DNA of 64,000 bases from contig NW_027251843.1 in NCBI RefSeq assembly GCF_044704955.1, positions 682,001 to 746,000 on the forward strand, given 5' to 3'. The DNA is from Pristiophorus japonicus. Lineage: Eukaryota. Below, piece after piece: positions 12,258-24,264 of this stretch (its first letter is position 1; each line of letters starts with the position of its first letter). A model generated the notes under the pieces. The model was given only the letters and a program-made list of their open reading frames with translations. It ran no database searches and was not told where the DNA came from. The translations under genes and the position numbers were made by a program.

Positions 12258-13610
12258 CTCACCAATACCCTGTACAGTTGTAGCAGGACTTCCCTACTTT
12301 TATACTCCCCCCTGCCCCCCCTCTGCCCCTTACAATAAAGGCCAATATTCCATTTGCTTTCCTGATCACTTGTTGTACCGCATACTAACTTTTTGTGTTT
12401 CATGCACAAGGACCCTCAGGTCCCTCTGTACTGCAACAGTTTGCAATTTTTTTCCAATTAAAAAATAAATTGCTTTCCTGCCAAAGTGGATTACATCACA
12501 TTTTCCCACATTATACTCCATCTTCCAACTCATTTAGCCCGTCTATATCCCTTTTGCAGATTTTTTGTGTCCTCACAATTTGCTTTCCCACCCATCATCA
12601 TAGGCAGTCCCTCAGAATCGAGGAAGACTTGCCTCTACTCGTAGAATGAGTCGTTAGGTGGCTGAACAGTCCCTGCCACAGGTGGGACATAGAGTTGTTG
12701 AGGGTAAGGGAGGGTGGGACAGGTTTGCCGCGCGTTCCTTCCATTGCCTGTGCTTGGGTTCTGCATGCTCTCGGCGATGAGACTCGAAGTGCTCAGCGCC
12801 CTCCAGGATACACTTCCTCCACTTAGGGAGGTCTTTGGCCAGGACTCCCAGGTGTCAGTGGGGATGTTGAACTTTATCAGGGAGGCTTTGAGGGTGTCCT
12901 CGTAATATTCCTCTGCCCATCTTTGGCTTGTTTGCTGTGAAGGAGTTCCAAGGAGAGCGCTTGCTTTGGGAGTCTCATGTCTGGCATGTGGACAATGTGG
13001 CCTGCCTAGCAAAGCTGATCAATGTGGTCAGTGCTTCAATACTGGGGATGTTGGCCTGGTCGAGGACAATAATGTTGGTGCGTCTGTCCTCCCAGCAAAC
13101 TTGGTTACTTTACACTCGGTCCCTTCGTCATTAATAGAGATTGTAAATAATTGAGGCCCCAGCACTGATCCCCGTGGCACCCCACAAGTTACCATTTGGC
13201 AACGGGAAAATGACCCATTTATTCTGACTCCCTGTTTTCTGTTAGTTAGCCAATCCTCGATAAATGCTAATATATTACCCCCAACCCCGTGAACTTTTAT
13301 CTTGTGCCTTTTATGTGGCACCTTATCGAATGCCTTCTGGAAATCCAAATACACCACATCCACTGGTTACCTTTTATCTACCCTGCTTGTTACATCCTCA
13401 AAGAATTCCAGAAAATTTGTCAAACATGATTTCCCTTTCATAAAACCATGCTGACTCTGCTTGATTGAACAATGCTTTTCCAAATGTCCTGCTACTGCTT
13501 CCTTAATAATGGACTCCAGCATTTTCCCAATGACAGATGTTAGACTAACTGGTCTATAGTTTCCTACTTTCTGTCTGCCTCCTTTTTTAAATAGGGGCGT
13601 TACATTTGCT
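12258..13610 (-). mobile_element. Old CR1 fragment interrupted by RTE
   Basis: [35 protein letters not shown] on both sides of the RTE. Confidence 0.85.
12593..13093 (-). mobile_element. RTE-clade LINE 3' fragment
   Basis: (ATG)n tail after GGGACTGCCT; DTLKASL..NIPTDTWE coding. Confidence 0.75.
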
Positions 13611-13676
13611 GTGCGTGCTTTGCAGAGGGCGTTAAAAGGAGCGGCGACATCCAGAATACCAGATTTTGCCTCAATT

Positions 13677-14123
13677 CAACAGCAACTTGTAATTATATAG
13701 CGCCTTTAACGTAGTGAAAGGTCCCAAGGCACTTCCCAGGAGTATTATGAGATACAAACTTTGACACCAAGTCACATAAAAAGAAATTAGTGTCGGTGAC
13801 CAAAGAGGTAGGTTTTAAGGAGCGTCTTGAAGGAGGAAAGAGGGGTAGAGAGGCGAAGAGATTTAGGGAGGGAGTTCCAGAGCTTGGAGTCTCGGCAACA
13901 GAAGGCACGGCCACCAATGGTTGAGCGATTATAATCAGGGATGCTCAGGAGGGAAGAACTGGAGGAGCAGACATCTCGGGGGGTTGTGGGGCTGGAGGAG
14001 ATTACAGAGATAGGGAGGGGCGAGGCCATGAAGGATGTGAATTTAAAAATCGAGGCGCTGCTTAACCGGAAGCTAATGTAGGTCAGCGGGGGTGATGGGT
14101 GAGCGGGACTTGGTGCGAATTAA
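13677..14123 (-). mobile_element. L2 LINE 3' fragment
   Basis: GGRAF..KLWNSLP..FKTLLKTYLF; GGCGCTATATAA..GTTG tail. Confidence 0.85.
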
Positions 14124-14180
14124 CCCCTCCCCCCCAGGAATAGGCCTCTTGTCCTGCCACACCGCGCCCCCCACCCCCAC

Positions 14181-14507
14181 CTACTTTCCTGCACTGCCCC
14201 CAAATCCCTTGATTCCCTTAATTTTCAAAAATCTATCGATCTCTGTCTTGAATATACTCAAGGACTGAGCCTCCACAGCCCTCTGGGGTAGAGAATTCCA
14301 GAGATTCACCACCCTCTGAATGAAGAGGTTTCTCCTCATCTCAGTCCTAAATGGCCGACCCCTTATTCTGAGACAGTGACACCTGGTTCTGGACTTCCCA
14401 GCCAGAGGAAACATCCTCCCTGCATCTACCCTGTCAAGCCCTGTCAGAATTGGGTATGTTTCAATGGGATCATCTCTTATTCTTCTAAACTCTAGAGAGT
14501 ATAGGCC
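14181..14507 (-). mobile_element. CR1 3' fragment
   Basis: GLYSLEFRR..RNLFIQRVVNLWNSLP. Confidence 0.85.
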
Positions 14508-14802
14508 TTGGAACTTGTGGAACCAAGGCGGGTGGATGGAGTTCAGATACAGATGAGCCATGATCTGATTGAATGGGGGAACAGGCTCGAGGGGCTGAAT
14601 AGCCTCCTCCTGTTCATTGTATACAGCAGCAGCTGTGTACCTCCACAACCTCATCTTGACTTTTATCAGTCGCATCAGAGCCTTGATTCCCTCACCAGGA
14701 GGCTGGAGTTTCCAGATCAATGTCCAGCTGATCGATGTCATGAGTCAGACTCAGTGAGTGCTGTCAGTGGGTGGAAAAGCTGCTCTAACTGCAGCCTTGT
14801 TC

Positions 14803-15592
14803 TAATGCATTTGGGAAGGGGCAACAAGGCAAGGGAATACACAATAAATGGGAAGGTACTGAGAGAGGTGGAGGAACGGAGGGACTTTGGAGTGCATGTC
14901 CACAGATCCCTGAAGGTAGCAGGCCAGGTCGATAAGATGGTTAAAAAGGCACTCAGAATACTTGATTTTATTAGCCGAGGCATAGAATACAAGAGCTGGA
15001 AGGTTATTCTTGAACTGTATAAAACTCTAGTTAGGCCACAGCTAGAGTACTGCGTGCAGTTCTGGTCACCACATTACCGGAAAGATGTGATTACACGAGA
15101 GAGGGTACAGAAGAGACTCACGAGGATGTTGCCAGGACTGGAGAATTTTAGCTATGAGGAAAGATTGGATCTGTTGGAGGTGTTTTCCTTGGAACAGAGG
15201 AGGCTGAGGGGAGACATTATTGAGGTGTATAAAATGATTAGTGGGCGAGATAGAGTGGATAGAATAGACCTATTTCCCTTAGCAGAGGAGTCAACAACCA
15301 GGGGACATAGATTTAAAGTAATTGGTGGAAGGTTTAGAGGGGAGATGAGGAAACAATTCTTCACCCAGAGGGTGGTGGGGGTCCGGAACTCACTGCCTGA
15401 AAGGGTGGTAGAGGCAGAAACCCTCACCACATTTAAAAAGTACTTGGATGTGCCCTTAAAGTGCCGTAACCCACAGGGCTACGGACCCAGAGCTGGAAAG
15501 TGGGATTAGGCTGGGTAGCTCTTTGTTGCCCGGCGCGGACACGATGTGCTGAAAGGCCTCCTTCCGTGCTGTAATTTTCTGTGATTCTATGA
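14803..15592 (+). mobile_element. CR1 3' fragment (second family)
   Basis: Open RT C-terminus to 15509; GATTCTAT tail. Confidence 0.9.
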
Positions 15593-15696
15593 TCGTGCTG
15601 GTGGTGTTGACCACTTTAAAAGTCGCAGCATACATTTTATTGAAACTATTTCCATGCCCGGTTTCCCCGCTGCCAATAATTGGATCAATCGATGCT

Positions 15697-15715
15697 GTAG
15701 CGCCCCCTTGTGGTA
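15697..15715 (-). promoter_or_regulatory. Consensus CTCF-binding motif
   Basis: Minus strand TACCACAAGGGGGCGCTAC in a short non-repeat island. Confidence 0.55.
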
Positions 15716-16020
15716 CATCTATATGGGCTCCACCCAAACCGCTGCTTTCAATCCTTGAACCCACATTGCCTAAGCTAGCTGGAGCTCCGCTCCTTAATCA
15801 CAGCATCTCACAGCATAGAGGGAGGCCATTCGGCCCATCAAACCTGTGCTGGCTCTTTGAAAGAGATTTGGACTACAATGCCTGGACTAATGATCCAGAG
15901 ACACGAGTTCAAATCCCACCACGGCAGCTGGGAAATTTAAATTCATTTAATTAAATAAATCTGGAATAAAAAGCTAGTGTCAGTAATGGTGACCATGAAA
16001 CTGCCGGATTGTCGTAAAAA

Positions 16021-19000
16021 CCCATCTACCTGGCCTGCTACCTTCAGGGATCTGTGGACATGCAAACCCAGGTCACTTTGTTCCTCTACATCTCTCAGTG
16101 TCCTACCATTCAATGTGTATTCGCTTGCCTTGTTCGACCTCCCCAAATGCATTACCTCACACTTATCCGGATTAAATTCCATTTGCCACTGTTCTGCCCA
16201 CCTGACCATTTCATTGATATATTCCTGCAGTCTGCAGCTTTCTTCTTCATTATCAGCCACTCAGCCGATTTTACTAGCATCTGTAAACTTCTACATCATA
16301 TCCCCAATCTTCAAGTCTAAATCATTGATATATACCACAAAAAACAAGGGACCCGGCATTGAGCCCTGCGGGACCCCACTGGAAACAGCCTTCCAGTCAC
16401 AAAAACACCCATCAGCCATAAACTTTTGCTCCCGGCCTCTGAGACAATTTCAGCTCCAACTTGCCACTTTGCCCTGGATCCCATGCACTTTTATTTTCAT
16501 GACCAATCTGCCATGTGGGACCTTATCATACATCATACAAACCACACACAGATTACCTTTAAGGTCCCTAATAGGCCTGTCTCTGTCTTTAATTATCCTC
16601 CTGCTCTTAATGTATTTATAAAACATCTTTGGGTTTTCCTTGATTTTACTTGCCAAAATGTTTTCATGCTCTCTCTTTGCTTTCCTAATTTCCTTTTTAA
16701 TTGCACCCCTGCACTTTCTATACCCCTCTAAAGTTCCTGCAGTATTAGAAACATAGAAACATAGAAAATAGGTGCAGGAGTAGGCCATTCGGCCCTTCTA
16801 GCCTGCACCGCCATTCAATGAGTTCATGGCTGAACATTCAACTTCAGTACCCCATTCCTGCTTTCTCGCCATACCCCTTGATCCCCCTAGTAGTAAGGAC
16901 CTCATCTAACTCCTTTTTGAATATATTTAGTGAATTGGCCTCAACAACTTTCTGTGGTAGAGAATTCCACAGGTTCACCACTCTCTGGGTGAAGAAGTTC
17001 CTCCGCATCTCGGTCCTAAATGGCTTACCCCTTATCCTTAGACTGTGACCTCTGGTTCTGGACTTCCCCAACATTGAGCCCTCGGTATCTGTCATAAGCC
17101 TCCCTTTTTTACTTTATCCTAACTGTATTTCCCTTGACATGCAGGGCCACTAGATTTGTTAGTCCCACCCTTTTTCTTTCAGAGAACAGACTTACTCTGA
17201 AATCACAGGATTTCCTCCTTGAATGCCTCCCACTGCTCTGACACTGATTTACCTTCAACTAGCCGTTTCCAGTCCACTTTGGCCAAATCTCATCTCAGCT
17301 CAGCAAAATTGGCTTTTCCCCAGTTGATAACTTTTATTCCTGGTCTATCTTTGTCCTTTTCCATAACTATCCTAAATCTAACTGAATTATGATCACTGGC
17401 ACCAAAATGCTCTCCCCCACTGATACCCCTTCCACCTGCCCCTCTTCATTCCCCAAAACCAAGTCAAGAACCGTCCACTCCCTTGTTGGGCTTGTTACAC
17501 ACTGGCTAAAAAAATTCTCCTGAATGCATTTTAGGAATTCCGCACCCTCTATATCTTTCACACTAATTTTATCCCAGTTACCATTAGGGTAGTTGAAATC
17601 CCCTACTATAACTGCCCTATAGTTTTTGCACTTGTCAGAAATGTGCCTACATATTTGCTCTTCTCTCTCCCTCTGACTGTTTGGGGGTCTATAGTACACT
17701 CCCAGCAGTGTGATTACCCCTTTTTCATTCTTCAATTCGATCTATATGGCCTCATTTGATGATCCTTCCGACATATCATCCCTCCTCACAGCTGTAATTG
17801 TTCCTTTCAATTGTTTCACAACTGCGAACTCCTCCTTTTTTATCCCCCTCTCTATCCCATCAGGAAAGGCTGTAACCAGGAATGTTGAGCTGCCATACCT
17901 GCCCTTCTTTCAGCCATGTCTCAGTAATAGCTATAATATCGTACTCCCAAGTGTCTATCTGTGCTCTCAGCTCATCTGCCTTATTCCCTATACTCCTTGC
18001 TTGAAGTATATACATTGAGCACTGCCAAACTGCCTTGTTGTCTATTTTCTAGGTTTCTTTCCTCTGTCTTCCAAATTCAATTTCTCCTTTTCTGCTTTCC
18101 AATTCCAGCTTTGCTTCTCTCCCCACTGAATCTATTCTCCGGTTCCCATCCCCCTGCCAAGCTAGTTTAAACCCTCCCAAACAGCACCAGCAAACATCCC
18201 CGCAAGAATATTGATTCCAGCTCTGTTGAGATGCAACCCGTCCGGTTTGTACAGATTCTACCTCCCACAGAAACAGTCCCAATGCCTCAGGAAACTAAAG
18301 CCCTCCGTCCTGCACCATCTCTCCAGCCACGCATTCATCTGCTCTATCCTCCTATTTCTGTACTCACTAGCACGTGGCACTGGGAGTAATCCGGAGATTA
18401 CTACCTTTAGGTCTTGCTTTTTATTCTCTCTCCTTGCTCCCTAAACTCTGCCTGTAGGACCTCATCTCTCTTTCTACCTATGTCATTGGTACCGATATGG
18501 ACCACAACATCTGGCTGTTCACCCTCACCCCTCAGAATGTACTGCAGCCACTCAGTGACATCCTTGACCCTGGCACCAGGCAGGCAACATACCATCCTGG
18601 AGTCACGTCTGCGGCCGCAGAAATGCCTGTCTGTTCCCCTAACTATCGAATCCCCTACCACTATTGCTCTTCCACTCTTCTTCCTCCCCCCTGTGCAGCT
18701 GAGCCACCTATGGTGTCATGGACTTGGCTCTGGCTGCACTTCCTAGAGGCGCCATCGCCCCCACCAGTACTCAGAACACAATACTGGTTGGATAGCGAGA
18801 TGGACTCAGGGGACTCCTGCACTACCTGCCTGGACCTCCTCTTCTGTCTGGTGGTCACCCATTCCCTCTCTGCCTGCACACTCTTAAGCTGCGGGGTGGC
18901 CACCTCTAGAAACGTGCTATCCACGAAGTTCTCAGCCTCGCGGATGCACCACAGTGACTCCAGCTCAGTCTCTGACACTTCCTGCACATGTAGTCGTCCA

Positions 19001-19075
19001 GGCCACGGGAAGCGTCCAGGACTTCCCACATGGCACAGGATGTGCTCTCCACGGGACAGAACTGCTCTGCTATGC
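16021..19075 (-). mobile_element. Older internally deleted CR1 with ORF1 remnant, interrupted at 16746-17076
   Basis: WQMEFNPDKC, YYRPPNS, GDFN, GDSIVRG, HIGTND remnants. Confidence 0.88.
16746..17076 (-). mobile_element. Young CR1 3'-end insertion
   Basis: Near-identical to 2377-2715; octamer tail. Confidence 0.93.
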
Positions 19076-19512
19076 CTCTATTTAATAGTCAAAGAACTAA
19101 CTTAGCAGAAATAAACTTAAAACTATCGAAAAGCAAGTAACGGCCTGGCCTACATCATTCAGGCCATAATTTCTGGATTTGTTCAACCCACTGAGGGCGA
19201 ACTCTGTGGATGGACCAGTCAGCTGTGACTCAATGGGCACCACACTTGCCTCTGTAGTCGGAAGGTTGTGGGTTTAAGTCCCACTCCAGAGACTAAGCTC
19301 CAAAATTGAGACTGACAGTTCCGGTGCAGTACCGAGGGAGTGCCGCACTGTCGGAGGGGCCGTCTTTCAGGCGAGAGATTAAACCGAGACCCTGTCTGCT
19401 CTCTCAGGTGGGTGTTAACGATCCCATGCCACTATTTTGAAGAAGAGCAGGGGAGTTCTCCCCGGTGTCCTGGCCAATATTTATCCCTCAATCAACATCA
19501 CAAAAACAGATT

Positions 19513-20485
19513 GGTTTACGAAATTCCCCCTCTGTGTGTCTGCATTTAGTGCCTCCGGGGGGCGCTGACGGGGTGTGACATTGTCTTCCCCGGGAAGCGG
19601 GGTGGTGCGGGGGGTGAAATGGATAGCGCCCCCTGAGCCGTGGCTGCGCCCGTGAGCTGTGTCCGTTCCCCGTGAGCCGTGTCCCGTGAGCCGAGTCCGC
19701 GCCCCGTGAGCTGTGTCCGTTCCCCCTGAGCCGTGTCCAAGCCCTGTGAGCTGTGTCCGTTCCCCGTGAGCCATATCCAAGTCCCGTGAGCCGTGTCCAC
19801 TCCCCGTGAGCTGTGTCCGTTCCCCCTGAGCTGTGTCCGTTCCCCCTGAGCCGTGTCCGTGCCCCGTGAGCCGTGTCCGTTCCCCGTGAGCTGTGTCCGT
19901 TCCCCCTGAGCCGTGTCCGTTCCCCCTGAGCCGTGTCCGTTCCCCCTGAGCCGTGTCCGTGCCCCGTGAGCCGTGTCCGTTCCCCCTGAGCCGTGTCCGT
20001 TCCCCCTGAGCCGTGTCCGTGCCCCGTGAGCCGAGTCCGTGCCCCGTGAGCCGAGTCCGTGCCCCGTGAGCCGAGTCCGTGCCCCGTGAGCCGTGTCCGC
20101 TCCCCGTGAGCCGAGTCCGTGCCCCGTGAGCCGTGTCCGTGCCCCGTGAGCCGTGTCCGCTCCCCGTGAGCTGTGTCTGCGCCAGGCCTGTGGGTCACGA
20201 ACCGGGCCGCACTTCACTCGCGGGGTGAAACTTGCCGGGAGGTATGCGCCGCTGCACCCCGCCATTTGTTTTTGCCGACTTACCGGTCGGGCCTTTCTGT
20301 GCTGATGTGACAAGGTCGCTGCCGCGATGATGCAGCCTGACACTCGACCCCCCCGAGCCTAACCCCAGGGAAAGTGCAGCGCATCACTACCTGTCAGGGG
20401 CCGTGACCCCAATTTCGATTCCGGGACGCGATTTGGGCGTGGGAAAAGTTACTGACCCAACCGGGGCGATATGCAATTTGGGCCC
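19513..20485. mobile_element. Probable non-autonomous PIF/Harbinger-type element
   Basis: 3-bp TSD ATT (19510-12/20486-88); degenerate GG...CCC termini. Confidence 0.5.
19630..20180. repeat. 20-bp minisatellite (CCCCGTGAGCCGTGTCCGTT)n
   Basis: About 27 tandem units. Confidence 0.95.
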
Positions 20486-21744
20486 ATTATCTCTTCATAC
20501 ACATGTGGGAGCTTGCTGTGCACAAATTCTCTGTCGTGTCTCCTCCATTACTGCAGTCGCCACACTTCAAAAGTACTTCGTTGGCTGTAAAGCGCTTTCG
20601 GACGTCCTGAGGTGGTGAAAGGCGCTAAACAAATGCAAGTCTTTCTTTCCAATTCAGCTCTAAATTTTTGAAACCCAAACCCGCGGACAGTGACGGACAG
20701 GTAAAGACCCTGTGGTCCATCCAGCCCGTCCCACACAATTGTGATACCTTGTGTATCACAGTATAGACTCTCCACCTCACCCAAAACTACCTGATCTCCT
20801 GGGAGAGGCGAAAAACCAGGAAAAAAACCCATTGGGGGGAAATAAATCTGGGAAACTCTTCTCCGACCGCCCTTGCCCCTCCCCAGCAGGCGATGGAAAC
20901 TAGTCCAGGAGGTCACTGTGGCCCTGAATTCCCTGCAGTAACTACCTTCTGTAAGTGGTGATCTCCGCACCGGCCACAAACAGGTCCTGCTCTCGCTTAT
21001 GTACAGCTCATGGATTTAAAATTACAAGCTTTCCCCACAGTGTCAAGTGCTGCAAATACTGTGTTACATTATCAGGGTTATATTCTCGCTGTCTGTCATT
21101 GTCACAACACTCGCTATATTAATGCAAGTTGTTGTTGTATTCAGGGGCCGCTGTATCTGGCTCAGGCTTCTTATCCATCCCCCCTTCCCTTCCCCCTCCA
21201 TTGGGGGCCGTGCCTTCAGCTGCCTGCTCCCGAAACCTCTCTGCCACTCCACCCCTCTCCTCTTTTAAGACCTCCCTTCAAACCCAATCTGTGACTGAGA
21301 GTTTTGATCACCCTCCCAGCCCCTCCCCCTTTGGCTCAGCACCACTTTGACCAGATTACGCCTCTGTCAGCTGCCTCGGGATGTTGTTCTAATGTTCCAG
21401 TTGCTGTAGCAATGCAGGTTGTTGCTGCTGTACCTGGTGGCAGAGCGTCTCTGTGTGGATATACCCTGTGCACCGAGCTCCGCGGTGAGGCCTCCCACAG
21501 TGGAATGACCTGCCGATGCTCGCTGCAGTGCGGACTGGCTGCTGACCTGTCAATCGGTCTGAGACACCGCCTCACGAGCGGACGAGGAGATACACGCTGA
21601 GATCCACCATCAAATGACACGTGGGGAACTGGAAATGATTCTGCAAACCTGACTGGAGGTTTGGTACAAACAGGTTTTACAAACCAATCAATTGAGTGAC
21701 ACAGAAATTGTACAAAAATTTGGACTTTCCAGAACCAACATCGC

Positions 21745-21918
21745 CCCCTTTTGGTATGAAGACAGCACTGCCAATTTCCCTCACAATTTGACTGAGCTGC
21801 ATTTTTCAATGTCTCCTTACGTGGCTCGCTGTCAATCTTTATTCTATAACGCTCCTGTGAAGCGCTCGGGGAGTTTTACTGTGTTAAAGGTGCTGTATAA
21901 AAGTTGCTGTTGTTGTTT
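21745..21918 (+). mobile_element. L2 3' tail fragment
   Basis: Resembles the L2 tails at 13677 and 37083; ends in (TGT)n. Confidence 0.6.
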
Positions 21919-22059
21919 GTTCTGAGTTAGCTGTTCCAACTGAGGTCGGGATATGACTCACAGCTCAGACTGTGCGGCATCCAGTGATGCAATGTTGTAT
22001 CGTGGGCTGAAGAACCACTCCAGGGACATGAGTGTAAAATAAACACATACACTGCTGTG

Positions 22060-22730
22060 CAGTCCTGAGGGAGTGCTGCACTGTCAGAGGGGCAGTACTG
22101 AGGGAGTGCTGCACTGTCAGAGGGGCAGTACTGAGAGAGTGCTGCACTGTCAGAGGGGTAGTACTGAGGGAGTGCTGCATTGCCAGAGGGGCAGTATTGA
22201 TGGAGTGCCGCACTGTTGGAGGGGCAGTAGTGAGTAAGTGCTGCACTGTCGGAATGGCAGTACTGAGCGAGTGCTGCACTGCCGGAGGGCAGTACTGAGG
22301 GAGCGCTGCACTGTCGGAGGGGCAGTACTGAGCGAGTGCTGCACTGTCGGAGGGGTAATACTAAGGGAGTGCTGCACTGATCGAAGGGCAGTGCTGAGAC
22401 AGTACCACAGTGGCGGAGGGGCAGTATTGAGGGAGTGCTGCACTGTTGGAGGGGCAGGACTGAGCGAGTGCTGCACTGTCGGAGGGATAGTAGTAAGGGA
22501 GTACTGCACTGTTGGAGTGGCAGTTCTGAGAGAGTACTGCACTGGCTAAGAGGCAGTACTGAGGGAGTGCAGCACTGTCAGAGGCACAGTACTGAGGGAA
22601 TGCCGCACTGTCGGAGGGGCAGTACTGAGGGAGCGCTGCACTGTTCGAAGGGCAGTACTGAGGGAGTGCCGCACTGTCGGAGGGGCAGTACTGAGGGAGT
22701 GCTGCACTGTCGGAGGGGCAGTACTGAGGA
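22060..22730 (+). repeat. 33-bp minisatellite expanded from a DeuSINE hairpin
   Basis: (GTACTGAGGGAGTGCTGCACTGTCGGAGGGGCA)n, about 20 units, preceded by a SINE head at about 21960. Confidence 0.93.
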
Positions 22731-24264
22731 GGTGTCTGTCGGTGGTTTTCTCGGGCGTAACGAAAACGCACTTCCTACTACAAGTTCTGGACGATTGGGA
22801 TTGTATGGACAGATCAGACTCGGACATACATTTTTCGGGCTCAACCGTTTTGTGTTCAATAAGATTAACAACACCACTCATAAACAGTGCAAAACAGTAC
22901 AACCCTGTCTTGTCCAATTAGCCCTGCCATGCCAAGTTACCACGGCTTAATAAATGAACCCTCCCGTGAAATAAACTAACACAGGACCCCCCCAGCACTA
23001 AACCCCTTGGGTTTGGTTGCGACTTACAATCACCCCCTCACACAGCTAAGTGGTCTTGTGGATGTGTAGGCGCAGGCAATATGCTCACCCTGATTGCCCG
23101 TTGTCTTGCTTGCAGCTTCTTCCTGAACGTCTCGCTCCTGAGCTTTTCCTGGAATTTTTCGTGGGCTTTTTCCTGGGCTTTTCCTGAGCTTTGTCCTGGG
23201 CTTTTTCCGGAGCTTTCTTCCTCCTGAGCTGGAGCTTGTTGCAAAGTGGCTCCTTATATCCCCAAAACCCATCACTTTTCCTCCCGCCAATACTGACCGA
23301 TGGATTGACTCTGGTAATCTGACTGGACAACCTCCCCACCCCTCATAGCCTTTGAAATCTTTGTGAAAGATGATATTTTGTTTTCCCGCTCCCAGGCCTT
23401 GCATCTGGAGAGACAATGAGTGCTGATTACTGGATATCTGTCGTTTCCTGAGTTGATGGCCCCGCCCCCATTATCAGGTAATGGGTTTCGATCACAAACC
23501 GATCTTGCTTAACCGGCTTATCTCCTGGAAGACAATGTGCCGGCCATTTTCTGCCTTGGACCAGTTTGGGTTGGGACTGAGTCGTGACTGTGCTTTAATA
23601 ATGCGAAGTCACAGTGTCTCTGAGTTACCTCTCGGGGTATTGTTCCCAGTAATCACTTTAGATGGTGATGACATCAATGGGCCTGGGCCCCCTGTTACCC
23701 AGCCTGTCAGTGTGAAATGTCCGGTTGTATATGAATGCACCTCAGTGCCACCCCCACAAGCTCGCCAAACAGGACAGTTCTTTCTTGGGGATTTGGATTT
23801 AAGGGTTTAAAGTTTTGTTGATAGAAATGGCCAGAAAGCTGGTGCTACAATCCCCCTGATGATATTTTGTCACCAAAACCAGAAATATCTCGAATTCCGT
23901 CGTCTTCTGCTGCGGGAGGTGCATTGTGGGTCCATTACTGATCAATTACACCCGGGCTCCCGTTTCTTCTGATTTCCTGATTCAGACAAACAGATACAGC
24001 ACCACCTGTGAGTGAACGCTTTTTCCCTCCACAGGTCGGGCTTTCGTTATTTACATATATATACCGTTCGTTCTGCGTTATCGAGTGCCCCCGGTTAAAA
24101 TCTCTCCTGTTGGGGCCTCTTGCGGCTCATGGCCCGTGAGTAAGGAGGCGTCCACGGCGCCCTCGGCCGTGGTATCCGACTGTTTCTCCTTACCGTCCCG
24201 CCCTCTGGGTCATCACCATCGTCCCACACCACGGGAGGAAGACCCGTGTCCACCAGGCTCATTA

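Larger units (their letters stand above)
19218..20650 (+). mobile_element. DeuSINE split by a DNA-transposon-like insertion
   Basis: Head and Deu core 19218-19512 and tail 20486-20650 are collinear with 9755-10210. Confidence 0.8.

Noticed and set aside
14508-15509. 333-aa host gene
   Set aside because: Chance read-through from flanking DNA into a CR1 RT C-terminus.
19488-20343. Long repetitive ORFs (also 6540-7205, 21965-22950, 52944-53413)
   Set aside because: Stop-free translations of minisatellites.
22060-22730. CRISPR-like array (also 19630-20180, 30799-31386, 53010-53390)
   Set aside because: Eukaryotic tandem repeats without unique spacers or cas genes.
23030-23045. Short (about 290-bp) LTR starting at TGTAAG with tandem proviruses
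   Set aside because: TATA and CCAAT lie upstream of it, homology between the two ends extends much further, and a better PPT lies at about 24085-24097.
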